Below, piece by piece: positions 52,061 through 61,536 of a stretch of DNA of 64,000 bases; position 1 is the first letter of the stretch; each line of letters begins with the position of its first letter. The position numbers were made by a program, and so were the translations under genes. The stretch covers positions 765-64,764 of the forward strand of contig PSPW01000001.1 of the NCBI GenBank assembly GCA_004195615.1. The letters are read 5' to 3'. Source of the stretch: Methanobacteriota archaeon. Its GTDB lineage: Archaea; Thermoplasmatota; Poseidoniia; Poseidoniales; Thalassarchaeaceae. Under the pieces are notes generated by a model that saw only the letters and a list, made by a program, of their open reading frames with translations, searched no databases and had not been told where the DNA came from.

Positions 52061-53926
52061 TTAGAAGTCAGTGGTGTCCTCGGAGTGCCTGAGAATAACT
52101 ACACGGGCACCCGGACCAATCCGAACCTGCGGCCTACCGGCCCATTCGCCGACCTCGCCGTTCAGTATTGCAATCTCATCCCCTCGGCAGATGGCAGCGG
52201 CCGATACTGGGATGAACTGCTTGAAGGCAACGGAGGCGGCCGTGCCCGTCTTGTCCATCAGAGTGATTGACCAACGGCGTACGTTGGCCCCATCTGGATA
52301 GGCATCGATGGACCACACTCGGCCCACTACGCTGACCCTGGTCTCCACCTCGACCACGGGGGCGACATCATCCTCCGTTGCAATGGATACCGACGATCTT
52401 TCGTCCAAATCGAACTGTAGCTGGCCCCTCCAGATGGATGGCATCCCCTCATCCACTCGTACACGGGAGCCTTCGGAGATCCCTCTGGTGACGTTACGTG
52501 GATTGCCCTGCCTGGAGGGTCTGACGCGTGCTCTGTCATAACCATCCTGGAGGGTAAACTGGAGGCTAATTGATCCGTCATCCAGAAGTTCTGGGCCTTG
52601 TAGGCCGACGACGTCGCCGACGATGCTAGTCCTGGTGACTATCTCTCCGATGGAAGTCACTGGCCATGCATGCCCGAATTTCTCGATCCTGCTCTCCAGG
52701 GGGAGGTTCAACTCGTAATCCGAGCCCTCGCAGATGCCCCTGTAGTCGCAACGAACACATCGCGCTCTCTCGTTAGGATGGGTTTTGGTCTTGGCAGGTA
52801 TCCCGCCCCGGTCGAAGAATCGCAGTGGTGATGGTTCGGGAGGGCACATTGAGATATCTGGATCTTGGGCGTGAATCTGGTTGTAGAGTTCCTCTAGCTC
52901 GTCGTTCAGAGAGTCCATCTCCTCCTCTGTTAGAAGGTTTACTTGTTTCACCGTGCCAGTTCCCAGGTACCAAATCTCGAGCCCCTCGACCATCTCTTCC
53001 CTAGCATGGGTCTCCCACCACAGCCAGCCGTACATCCTGAGTTGATCCAGATAGTCGCCCGATCTGTCACCCTTCCCCACTGAGGCCTTCAGATCGACGA
53101 TAGTGGGATTCCCGGACCAACGGTAGACGAGATCGTACTCTCCTTGAAACCATTCACCGGGATGTGCACTGGTCTGGGTGAACGACTTGGCATCTGGGTC
53201 GACGAACCATGGCCTAGCGACCTCCCATGCCTCGGCCCATGTTATCGGACCGCTACCGGCTGCTGGGTGTGGATTTTCCCACTCTCGGGGAAAACCATCG
53301 GGTGCTGGCCAGTAGTTCCGGTGCCCTGATCTCCATTCATCGATGCCGGGACCTCCACTGGAGTCAATGCATTCCTGCACTTGATCCAAGTGCAGAGAGA
53401 TTGCCGATTCGACCATCTGCCTCCCCTCTTCTTTGTCAACTTCTTCTGCGGAGCCGACCCGATTTGGGCTAGACTTCCAGTCACTAATCGCAGACTCCCA
53501 ACATCGGTCGAAGTGTACATCCGCCCTAGAAGTAGCCCATGCATGGAAAGATTCCCTGTCGTTTGGGATCGGTTCTCCAGGCAGAGGGCTGAGCCCAGGA
53601 CCGACCCAGAAGTCCTGATTGTCCCAGTCCGGAGAGCCATCATCGGTCAGGGGAGTGGTCATTGAGGAACGGGAGTCTCTGGCCACCAGAGTCGGTGACT
53701 CCCGAAGGACCCGGCAGACGCATTCTTCGACTGCATTACCCCTCAAAATCTGAGGTGGCAAGGGAGACTTGAGGCGGATCATCCATCCGTAGTACCACAG
53801 TCTGGGGCATTTCTTCCATGCATTGACCTGGGATGCAGATAGTCTCCGGTATGGGTTGACCTTAGAGTTCTCCGAGTCTGGCTTCCTAACCGGCACGACA
53901 CCAATTGGAAGTCGGGGACATATCAA
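52061..53926 (-). CDS. RecB/Cas4-family PD-(D/E)XK nuclease (4-Cys) fused to two C-terminal OB-fold-like domains
   Basis: LSASQVNAWKKCPRLWYY; EYDLVY...IVDLK; DQLRMYGW; CVRCDYRGIC. The C-terminal IVGDVVGL... and VSVVGRVWSI...ITLMDKTGTAASVAF look RPA/OB-like. Confidence 0.65.
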   Translation of the reverse strand: MICPRLPIGVVPVRKPDSENSKVNPYRRLSASQVNAWKKCPRLWYYGWMIRLKSPLPPQILRGNAVEECVCRVLRESPTLVARDSRSSMTTPLTDDGSPDWDNQDFWVGPGLSPLPGEPIPNDRESFHAWATSRADVHFDRCWESAISDWKSSPNRVGSAEEVDKEEGRQMVESAISLHLDQVQECIDSSGGPGIDEWRSGHRNYWPAPDGFPREWENPHPAAGSGPITWAEAWEVARPWFVDPDAKSFTQTSAHPGEWFQGEYDLVYRWSGNPTIVDLKASVGKGDRSGDYLDQLRMYGWLWWETHAREEMVEGLEIWYLGTGTVKQVNLLTEEEMDSLNDELEELYNQIHAQDPDISMCPPEPSPLRFFDRGGIPAKTKTHPNERARCVRCDYRGICEGSDYELNLPLESRIEKFGHAWPVTSIGEIVTRTSIVGDVVGLQGPELLDDGSISLQFTLQDGYDRARVRPSRQGNPRNVTRGISEGSRVRVDEGMPSIWRGQLQFDLDERSSVSIATEDDVAPVVEVETRVSVVGRVWSIDAYPDGANVRRWSITLMDKTGTAASVAFKQFIPVSAAAICRGDEIAILNGEVGEWAGRPQVRIGPGARVVILRHSEDTTDF

Positions 53927-53938
53927 CTTGAGGAGTGT

Positions 53939-54514
53939 TCAGAGGCCAAACAACCATCTTGGTTGTGCGAAAAACCATCCCTTCCTAGTCTTGCAGGCAT
54001 GAAACAGATTCACTCTGCGTCGACCTACTCGAACTAGTTCAACACCCGCTGACTCGAACCTCGAACCCCACTCGTTGCGGACATCATCGGGGAAGCTCTT
54101 GGCAAACCTGATTGGGGTTGCCATCGCCTTCGAATTGGCCATCTTCGAGATTGTGCCCAAAACTTCTGACCGCGCCTGCTCGGTCTCCAGATGCTTGATT
54201 TCCACCATCACTAGCTCTTCCCGATCCCCGAGCTGATCGCAGACCTCCGAGAAAAGTGGGATGGAGATTCCTTTCTGCAGCCCCGCCTCCCTGATCTCAG
54301 AGAATGTCATTTCGGATGTGTCGGAAGGTGACCCATTCACCGTGATAGTGTCATCATGGAAAACAAAGATGATGCCGTCGGAAGACTCCCGGATGTCGAA
54401 CTCCCAATACCTAAAGTCACCCCTCGAAGGATTTCCGGTGGATCTCATTAATCCCTCTATGGTGTTCTCTGTGAGGGTGCCCGATGCCCCCAAACGATGA
54501 CCAGAGTTCTTCAT
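53939..54514 (-). CDS. Short glycerophosphodiester phosphodiesterase (GDPD)-like protein
   Basis: GHRLGASGTLTENT and EFDIRESSDGIIFVFHDDTI. Confidence 0.65.
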   Translation of the reverse strand: MKNSGHRLGASGTLTENTIEGLMRSTGNPSRGDFRYWEFDIRESSDGIIFVFHDDTITVNGSPSDTSEMTFSEIREAGLQKGISIPLFSEVCDQLGDREELVMVEIKHLETEQARSEVLGTISKMANSKAMATPIRFAKSFPDDVRNEWGSRFESAGVELVRVGRRRVNLFHACKTRKGWFFAQPRWLFGL

Positions 54515-55665
54515 TCCGAACCAAACCCATTGTTCTCAGGGGTATTCAGACAGACCATGGTGACCTCTAGCCTTTCGTGAGTGGGGAGGACCTCAACCAT
54601 GAAGACAGGGTCTTCGATTTCCCCAGCTATGTCCTCGGCTACAACTAGAGGCATCTCGATTCTTTCATTCTGCTCGTCCCACAGGAGGAATCTACGAGGC
54701 AGGCCCGTCTCATCAACGAGTTCGTCCATCCAATCGTCCTTGGAATCGGAATCAGCATCAATGGCTCCGAAGATCAGCGTGCCATCCTCCGTGAGGACCT
54801 CATGAGGAGCGATGACAGACTCACCTCTCCTGAGAAAGCGTCTCCTTAGCTGCCCTGCGTCCTTGAATACAGATGTGCAGAACTTCAGGTGGAAGCCATA
54901 GGGTTCGCGAGTAATTCCGTCGGAGTGGTCCGGAAGGCCCTGCTCAGCGGCCATCACTCGAGACTTCATTTCGTAAGCCAGCTCGTTCGAGCCAGCAGCC
55001 CCGGCAGTTATCTCAGTGGAGAGGTTGAATCCCCTCAACTCCATGTTATCGTGGTTTCCGACCGTGATCTCGAGCTCGTTCACATTGAGAAAGGAGATGT
55101 CGAAAGTCCGGAGGTCGTCAAGTAGTGCGAGAAGCTCATCCCTCTTGTCTGGCTCGCAGGGAATCTCCACCCCAGTGAGGATGCCCGCCTCGGCGCATGC
55201 CGAAATCGTCAATCGGTACCTCTCCGAATCCAGTCCGAGCAGATGGAATCGGATCTCGTCCAGACCTGCATCGGCAAATTCACTGGCCACTTCCGGTCGG
55301 AAGGGTATGCTGGTGTACATATGTAGATGGAATCCGGATCCGAACTCGGACTTGAGTCTAGATATTCCCTCTAGCGTGCGTTCCTTCGCCATCAGAGGAT
55401 CGCCGCCGGTAATCCCGGCTCCAGTGGCCCTCATAGCGCGAGCCTCTTCTATGACCTCATCGAAAGTCTCGCACCTCCTCTCGTTGGCGAACATCCAGTC
55501 GACGTCGCGCCGAGTCTCAGAGAGGGGGCAATAGTCGCATTGCCAGTGGCAGTTTCCAGTGATGAACAGAACTAGCTTGCTCCCCATCTGGCACTGGATG
55601 CAACCCTCCGTGTCAGAGAGGTCGGGTGCCTCGGCTAGATCTGGGACCTGTGGGAGTGAGAACAT
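54511..55665 (-). CDS. Radical SAM protein (PflA-related archaeal type)
   Basis: CHWQCDYC (Cx3Cx2C) preceded by CIQC; GITGGDPL. A 4-nt overlap with the GDPD gene, and it abuts the pdxT stop. Confidence 0.8.
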   Translation of the reverse strand: MFSLPQVPDLAEAPDLSDTEGCIQCQMGSKLVLFITGNCHWQCDYCPLSETRRDVDWMFANERRCETFDEVIEEARAMRATGAGITGGDPLMAKERTLEGISRLKSEFGSGFHLHMYTSIPFRPEVASEFADAGLDEIRFHLLGLDSERYRLTISACAEAGILTGVEIPCEPDKRDELLALLDDLRTFDISFLNVNELEITVGNHDNMELRGFNLSTEITAGAAGSNELAYEMKSRVMAAEQGLPDHSDGITREPYGFHLKFCTSVFKDAGQLRRRFLRRGESVIAPHEVLTEDGTLIFGAIDADSDSKDDWMDELVDETGLPRRFLLWDEQNERIEMPLVVAEDIAGEIEDPVFMVEVLPTHERLEVTMVCLNTPENNGFGSE

Positions 55666-56292
55666 CTACGCCTCCACCCATTGTTCGGCTGCCGTCTCCA
55701 GAAGCCATTCGTGGAAGCCAGAATCCTGCGACAGCTCTGGGTGGAAAGTGAGTGCCATCCGATTCTGAGTCCGGACCCCCACAACCTCGTCACCCAGTTT
55801 CGCCATTATCTGTGCACCGTCACCAGTTTCGACGAATCGAGGTGCTCGGATGAAGACGCCGGGGAATTCCCTGCCTAGAGCAATGGCCTCGATCTCGGAT
55901 TGGAATGAGTCGGCTTGTGACCCAAAACCGTTCCTCTCGACGGAAGCGTCAATCAGGGGTCCACCCCCATCGCCGGGCTCTGCAAGGAGAATCGCTCCAG
56001 CGCAAGTACCCAGAACCGGTCGTCTCTGGTCCTCCCTTATCCACTCGAAAATAGCAGGCAGGAGGGCGGAAATTGCATCGTTTCCCGTTAGCCTCATGGT
56101 TGTCGACTCACCTCCGGGCATCACAATAGCATGCAGTTCGACGGAGCCGAGGTCCGAGGCCTTCCTAAGTTCGTGCACCTCGATGTTGATTCCAGTCTCT
56201 CTGGATGCCCTCTCGAGAGCGGAAATATGGGAGTGACGGGCCCCCTGAAGCATTACCAGACCAATGCGTAGCACAAACCTCCGGCTTGACAA
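55666..56292 (-). CDS. pdxT: PLP synthase glutaminase subunit PdxT
   Basis: IGLVMLQGARHSH, VMPGGESTTM, GTCAGAILL, FHPE. Confidence 0.85.
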   Translation of the reverse strand: MSSRRFVLRIGLVMLQGARHSHISALERASRETGINIEVHELRKASDLGSVELHAIVMPGGESTTMRLTGNDAISALLPAIFEWIREDQRRPVLGTCAGAILLAEPGDGGGPLIDASVERNGFGSQADSFQSEIEAIALGREFPGVFIRAPRFVETGDGAQIMAKLGDEVVGVRTQNRMALTFHPELSQDSGFHEWLLETAAEQWVEA

Positions 56293-56354
56293 AGAGAAAT
56301 GAACCCTATTGCTGCTCCGATGGACTCAAAGACCGCCCGCAACTCCACGCGGAC

Positions 56355-57446
56355 GTGGGGGCCTTGGGTCGCATTCACAACTTTGGGGGTGGCCCCGCCG
56401 TTCTCCCTCTCGAAGTGGTGACTGAGGTTGCAGAATCGCTGCCCAATATGAACGGCAGTGGCGTTGGAGTGATGGAAGTCTCCCACAGGAGCTCGGTATT
56501 CCAAGAAGTGATTGACTCAGCCATGGACAGGATGAGGAGGATACTTGCAATCCCCGAAGACTACGAGATTCTATTCCTCCAAGGGGGCGCAACGACCCAG
56601 TTCTACATGACTGCACTGAACCTCATGAGTCAAAATGGCATGGCGGACTTCCTAGTGACTGGCATTTGGGCCAAGAAGGCCCTGGCTGAGGCAAACAGAA
56701 TCGGAGACGGGAATGCGGTCTGGGATGGCTCCGATAATGATTTCAAGACCGTTCCGAATGACGGGGACTACTCGATCCGAGAGGATGCCGCGTACCTCCA
56801 CTACACTTCCAACAACACGCTCTTCGGAACCCAGTTCCATCACCTCCCAGATAGTGGGGGGAAGCCCAGAGTCGTAGATGCCAGCTCGGATATCTGTGGG
56901 GCGCCTCTAGACGTTTCGGAGCATGACCTGATCTACGCGGGGGCCCAGAAGAATCTCGGGCCCAGTGGCGTGACGGTGGTCATCCTCTCTCCCTGGGCTG
57001 CCAGCAGAAGGAAGGAGGGACTTCCGACCATGATGGATTACCACATCCACCTCTCCAAGAGGTCGATGCTCAACACGCCCAACACCTACGGAATCTTCGT
57101 CTTGGACAGGATGCTCTCCTGGGTCGAGAGGAATGGCGGCCTGGAAGGCGCCATCCAGAGGAACAAGGTAAAGTCCGAGATGCTTTATAGCGTGCTGGAC
57201 GGAAGTGAATTCTGGAGCCCCCATGCGGAAGAAGGCTCCAGATCGATGATGAATGTCACATGGAATCTCGCTGAGGAGAGCCTCGAGCCGACTTTCCTCG
57301 CAGAAGCGACGGAAAACGAGATGGGTGGTCTGAAGGGGCACCGTTACATTGGAGGAATCAGGGCCAGCCTGTACAATGGATGCCCCGTCGAGAGTGTGGA
57401 GGCCCTCGCTTCATTCATGACAGGATTCGAGAGTCGCCACGGATGA
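56355..57446 (+). CDS. serC: Phosphoserine aminotransferase
   Basis: HNFGGGPAVLPLEVV, EVSHRSSVF, ILFLQGGATTQF. The track ORF starts at 56205, inside pdxT. GTG 56355 is my preferred start, but it is uncertain. Confidence 0.85.
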   Translation: MGALGRIHNFGGGPAVLPLEVVTEVAESLPNMNGSGVGVMEVSHRSSVFQEVIDSAMDRMRRILAIPEDYEILFLQGGATTQFYMTALNLMSQNGMADFLVTGIWAKKALAEANRIGDGNAVWDGSDNDFKTVPNDGDYSIREDAAYLHYTSNNTLFGTQFHHLPDSGGKPRVVDASSDICGAPLDVSEHDLIYAGAQKNLGPSGVTVVILSPWAASRRKEGLPTMMDYHIHLSKRSMLNTPNTYGIFVLDRMLSWVERNGGLEGAIQRNKVKSEMLYSVLDGSEFWSPHAEEGSRSMMNVTWNLAEESLEPTFLAEATENEMGGLKGHRYIGGIRASLYNGCPVESVEALASFMTGFESRHG

Positions 57447-58174
57447 GTGACTCCATGAAAACGAGGAAAATCCTCGATCTGCTAGATTTGACGCTATTGA
57501 GGATGGATGCTAGCGAGAGTGATTTGGCCAAGGTCTGTGAACAGGCGAACAAGCATCGAACCGCGGCAGTCTGCGTATTCCCAAGGCACGCTGGATTTGT
57601 GAGAGATCACCTAGAAGAGGGGATTTCGATGGCCTTGGTTGCAGGGGGCTTCCCCCGGGGTAGCGATTCCCCGGCGGAGATCTTCGATGCTGTGGAAGAC
57701 GCCGTATCCAAGGGGGCGGATGAGATAGACTGCGTATTGGAGCCAAGGGACGATAACTCATTCCCGGGAGAATTGGAGTTGGCCAAGCTGATTGCCATGC
57801 GAGAGGCAGCCCAAGGACGCATCCTGAAGGTTATTCTCGAAGCCCCATTGCTGGGGGAACGCCAACTCAGGGCGGCGACTAGGATGGCTCTGTCGACTGG
57901 AGCCGACTTCGTAAAATCGTGTACGGGGCAGAGGGGTGGATGTAGTGACGAGACGGCTACCATCCTGGCCGAAGAGGTCAGTAGGCATTGCCTTTCCTTT
58001 GAAGGGGAGCCCGGAGTGAAGATGTCGGGAGGCATCTCGAAGAGGAGGGATGCGGAGAGGCTGATTGCCTTGGTGAATGAAGAGGACGGGTCAATCTCAG
58101 GTAGTGGCCGACTGCGAATAGGAGCATCATCCCTACTGGCGGATTTGGTTGATGGTGGGCTCGGCAGGAATTGA
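57443..58174 (+). CDS. deoC: Deoxyribose-phosphate aldolase
   Basis: The ATG overlaps the serC stop (ATGA). LLDLTLL, AAVCVFPRH, GADEIDCVLE, LKVILEAPLL, GADFVKSCTG, VKMSGGI. Confidence 0.85.
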   Translation: MSDSMKTRKILDLLDLTLLRMDASESDLAKVCEQANKHRTAAVCVFPRHAGFVRDHLEEGISMALVAGGFPRGSDSPAEIFDAVEDAVSKGADEIDCVLEPRDDNSFPGELELAKLIAMREAAQGRILKVILEAPLLGERQLRAATRMALSTGADFVKSCTGQRGGCSDETATILAEEVSRHCLSFEGEPGVKMSGGISKRRDAERLIALVNEEDGSISGSGRLRIGASSLLADLVDGGLGRN

Positions 58175-58228
58175 ACCTGCGATCTTCGCCATGTGAAGGC
58201 GACGTCATAACCCCTAGACCACGAGCCC
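58153..58228 (-). tRNA. tRNA-Val(CAC), CCA encoded
   Basis: Hand fold: acceptor GGGCTCG/CGAGCCC, anticodon stem TCGCC/GGCGA, loop TT-CAC-AT, T arm GCAGG-TTCAATT-CCTGC. Confidence 0.9.
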
Positions 58229-58308
58229 GGCCTATTTGCCAGCAATCTCCTGCGGATAAGATTGGTTACAATCGAACATCATGGTCCCGCCGGTGTCAAA
58301 AGAGGCAG

Positions 58309-59772
58309 ATGTCTCCGAAACCCGTGGCAGAGGGCATCGATCTGAGAGTATTGCACGAGCAAGATACCTGGAAGGCCTTCGGAATCGGCATTGTCCTGTT
58401 CTGCATGATAGCCTATGCATCGCTAGGGATTTTCGGCGTCTCGTCATCGCTTTACGGAGTCTCGGATGAGGTTGAACGGGTGCCTGACTTCGAGGTGATG
58501 ACCATGAACAGGACGGGTATAGATGACTCCATTGCAGGTGAAGATGGCGCGGTAAGGCTATCCGACTTGCAAGGAAGCGTAGTCATCCTCGACTTCATGG
58601 CAGTGGACTGCGCAAACTGCCACTACGTTCAGGGGCACATCGAAGATAGTCTCGACGCATGGCAGGAATCGGGGTCGGAGTACCCGGTCGTGGCATTATC
58701 GATCGCATCTTGGTACGGGTACGAGTCATTTGACTGGATAAATGAGACATTCGGAGATTCGGGGTCTGACAAGCACATGCGTTGGCCTGTGGCGAACGGT
58801 GCATCGGACGCAGTTATCCTAGAGGATGAATCTCGAGGAGACTTAGTAGAGTATTATGCTGCCCAGAACCTCCCTCTCGTGTATGTGATAGACCACGAAG
58901 GATACGTGGTAGCCAAGGAGGGGACCGGCACCCCACTTGACGGGTGGTCATCATTCGATAGAGCTGTGGAGCGGGCGAGTGAGGGGGATGCGGAGGACCT
59001 TCAATTCGGAATCGAGAAGGCAGGCAGGTCCTTCTCCGGGGTCTTCATCATCGGGCTCTTCCTAGGAGTCCTTGTCTACTTCTCACCCTGCGCATTCCCG
59101 GTACTCCCATCCTACATCAGCTACTGCCTCAGTCTCGGGGTCAGAGAAGACGAACTCCGCGAGACGGGAAAGCTAGAGGGAAGGGTCCCCGGGACTCTCG
59201 AGATAGGGGCATTCGCAGCACTAGGGCAACTCACCTTCTTCGGAACTGTGGGAGTGGTGATTTTCGGACTGGATGGGGTGCTGAACCTGTCTGGGGTCCT
59301 GCATGACATATCCGTGGGAATCGCGCTTCTCCTGATAGTCCTCGGAGCGTTGATGTTGATGGGATGGACCTCGAACGTCCTAGCCCGGGTGCAGGGCCTC
59401 CTCGACAGACACATGACTACGGAGGACGATGAGAGATTCACGCCTCGCAGGAACATGTACCTGTGGGGCATCGGTTACAGTGCTGCTTCGGTCGACTGCA
59501 CTGCGGCTGCAGTTTTCCCCTTCGTGGCATGGCTGGCAGTGGTCGGAGAGGGTGCCCTCGTCATGGGTATGGGGGGGCTGATGCTCTCGGTCTCCCTTCT
59601 GATGATAGGGGTGACTGCCCTGGTTGGGATTGGCAGAGGCGCGCTAATCGACACCCTCAGGAGGAACTCGTCGATTGTGAAGGCGACTGGTTCTTGGATG
59701 ATGATATTCGCTGGGATCGGACTCTTCGCATACCTGAATCAACCGGAAATGGTAGCTGGAATTCTGGGCTAG
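58309..59772 (+). CDS. Fusion of a membrane-anchored TlpA/ResA-like thioredoxin domain (CANC) with a CcdA/DsbD-like transmembrane domain
   Basis: Internal ATG 58309. VVILDFMAVDCANCHY; FSPCAFPVLPSYISY; multiple TM helices. Confidence 0.75.
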   Translation: MSPKPVAEGIDLRVLHEQDTWKAFGIGIVLFCMIAYASLGIFGVSSSLYGVSDEVERVPDFEVMTMNRTGIDDSIAGEDGAVRLSDLQGSVVILDFMAVDCANCHYVQGHIEDSLDAWQESGSEYPVVALSIASWYGYESFDWINETFGDSGSDKHMRWPVANGASDAVILEDESRGDLVEYYAAQNLPLVYVIDHEGYVVAKEGTGTPLDGWSSFDRAVERASEGDAEDLQFGIEKAGRSFSGVFIIGLFLGVLVYFSPCAFPVLPSYISYCLSLGVREDELRETGKLEGRVPGTLEIGAFAALGQLTFFGTVGVVIFGLDGVLNLSGVLHDISVGIALLLIVLGALMLMGWTSNVLARVQGLLDRHMTTEDDERFTPRRNMYLWGIGYSAASVDCTAAAVFPFVAWLAVVGEGALVMGMGGLMLSVSLLMIGVTALVGIGRGALIDTLRRNSSIVKATGSWMMIFAGIGLFAYLNQPEMVAGILG

Positions 59773-60443
59773 TTCCCACCTATCGGCTGGAGCATATGCT
59801 CTACAACGGGAATGACTGATTCCCATATCCTGTCATGGACCTCTTCGACGGTGTGCCTAGTTGGAATCAGTGTCGCGTCTGCCTTCTTTCCAGCCTCCTG
59901 GAACTTCTGCCTGAGGATCTTCTGGTACTGCAGGAAGGAGGAGGTGATGGACGTCGATAGCGCAAGGTCCATGCCGGCCTCGAAGTGATTCAAAGCCTCC
60001 AGCCTCTCACCGAACATGATGCGGTTCAGGAGGCGTCGTGGTCCTGCGTGTAGGACAATCATGGCATCGGGTTCAGGAGTATTCGTGTAGAGGGAATCTA
60101 TCCAGTCCCCATCGCCTCCTCGAACCTGCTCCCTGATCCGGGGAGTGAGGGTGTAGCGATCGGCGATGACCACGAATCCGGCACCTAGGAGGGGTTCGGC
60201 CTCGTGCTTAATCTGATCATGCAAGTCTGTGGCATAGAGGAGAGACCTAGTGCGCCAGTTTAGCTGGTGGATGTCCGCGGTTCGTGACTTGACAAGGCCC
60301 CCCATCAGATCGGAACGAGCCAACCCAATTGTGTGAGTGGCTATCCCATTTGCCTTCAGTCTGGCAGAGAGAAGCCTAGCATGGAGGGTCCGACCCACGT
60401 GGTCGGGACCCTCGATGACAATCAGCTTCCCCACGTGACTCAT
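59769..60443 (-). CDS. Thymidylate-kinase-like paralog with degenerate P-loop
   Basis: VIEGPDHVGRT replaces GxDGxGKxT (Lys to Arg). ADRY is retained. A 4-nt overlap with tmk. Confidence 0.65.
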   Translation of the reverse strand: MSHVGKLIVIEGPDHVGRTLHARLLSARLKANGIATHTIGLARSDLMGGLVKSRTADIHQLNWRTRSLLYATDLHDQIKHEAEPLLGAGFVVIADRYTLTPRIREQVRGGDGDWIDSLYTNTPEPDAMIVLHAGPRRLLNRIMFGERLEALNHFEAGMDLALSTSITSSFLQYQKILRQKFQEAGKKADATLIPTRHTVEEVHDRIWESVIPVVEHMLQPIGGN

Positions 60444-61177
60444 TGCCCGCCCCCTCCCGAGTAGGAGAGCCAGTCAATGCCCGACTCGCTCAGATTCTGC
60501 GCAAGTCTGTCTGACTGATCGATAACTTGTGTGGATGACAGGTCGATGTGCTTGTCGAAAGTTTTCCTCACCCTGGACTGTACCTCTGCAACTGACCCCT
60601 GAGCATCCAGGCGTACGATTCGCCCATCATCGACGAGCCCTGCATAAATCTCAGAAACCTTGCCTTGGAATATCCTGTAAGACTCGAATGGATCAGTGGT
60701 CCATCCCATGTCCATCCCAGCCTCGTAGAACTTCAGCTTGGGTCTGCCCTTGGTGATTCGATCGAAGCTGACGTCGACGGGAACGTCGAAGTACAGAGTA
60801 AGGTCTGGCTCCCTGGCGAATGAGTAAGTGTCCTCGATAACCTCCTGGGGCACATCTCGAGACCCGTCCCTCGCCATAGCGGTGTACTTGTAACGGTCGC
60901 AAATGACAATCCCCCCGATCTCCAGGACCGGTTCTATCTGCTGGGCCCACCTATCGGCGAAGTCGGCAGCGTGAATCATGTGGAATGTAATGGGTAGGAG
61001 ACGTCGAGAGTTCTTACCAATCTTCGTGGCCTCCTTCACGATCTTGCTGGAGTTCCACTCGGTATGGAAAACGGGTAGCCCCTTGGCTCGAAGCCAGTGG
61101 TAGAGTAGCTTGGCTTGAGTGCTCTTCCCCGAGCCGTCCATGCCCTCTACTGCAATCAGAATTCCCCTTTTTGCCAA
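60440..61177 (-). CDS. tmk: Thymidylate kinase
   Basis: VEGMDGSGKSTQ P-loop and CDRY motif. Confidence 0.85.
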   Translation of the reverse strand: MAKRGILIAVEGMDGSGKSTQAKLLYHWLRAKGLPVFHTEWNSSKIVKEATKIGKNSRRLLPITFHMIHAADFADRWAQQIEPVLEIGGIVICDRYKYTAMARDGSRDVPQEVIEDTYSFAREPDLTLYFDVPVDVSFDRITKGRPKLKFYEAGMDMGWTTDPFESYRIFQGKVSEIYAGLVDDGRIVRLDAQGSVAEVQSRVRKTFDKHIDLSSTQVIDQSDRLAQNLSESGIDWLSYSGGGGQ

Positions 61178-61536
61178 TCAATCACAACCCCCATAATTAC
61201 GCCTTGGCGCAGTTTTGGGGGGGGGAAGGGACGTATTAGAGTGTGGTTGAGCGATAATTGACTAATTGACCCGGGGGCCGCCAGTCATGTATTGCGCAAC
61301 CAGACCGTACTGCGCTAGTCCAGAAAGCAAGGCAAGAGCTCCCTTCATTGCACCCATCTCTGAGCTAGAGAGAATCAACTCTGCCTCTTGGGCCCATGAA
61401 AGTACAGCGAACATTATGCCGAAAGCAGAGAGTACTAACCCAGAGTACGAACAGAGGTTCCCTTGACTCAGAGTTAATTGTTGAATCCTACAAAATGGCG
61501 GTGAAATAGGATTGTAATGGTTGCCAGATTGGGATC

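Noticed and set aside
57607-58245. 212-aa minus-strand ORF
   Set aside because: It is antisense to deoC and runs through tRNA-Val. The deoC frame carries clear aldolase motifs.
61217-61225. G9 homopolymer about 40 nt upstream of tmk (also G7 at 21111-21117)
   Set aside because: It could be a slippage-prone tract, but nothing here supports phase variation, and homopolymers of this length are also common sequencing or assembly error sites.
61262-61414. Possible 50-aa minus-strand ORF (MFAVLSWAQEAE...GGPRVN) and 66-aa plus-strand ORF in the 360-nt gap between phoU and tmk
   Set aside because: I saw no motif, no convincing SD and two competing frames, so I cannot support either from sequence alone. 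The gap may instead hold the tmk promoter or an unrecognised small RNA.
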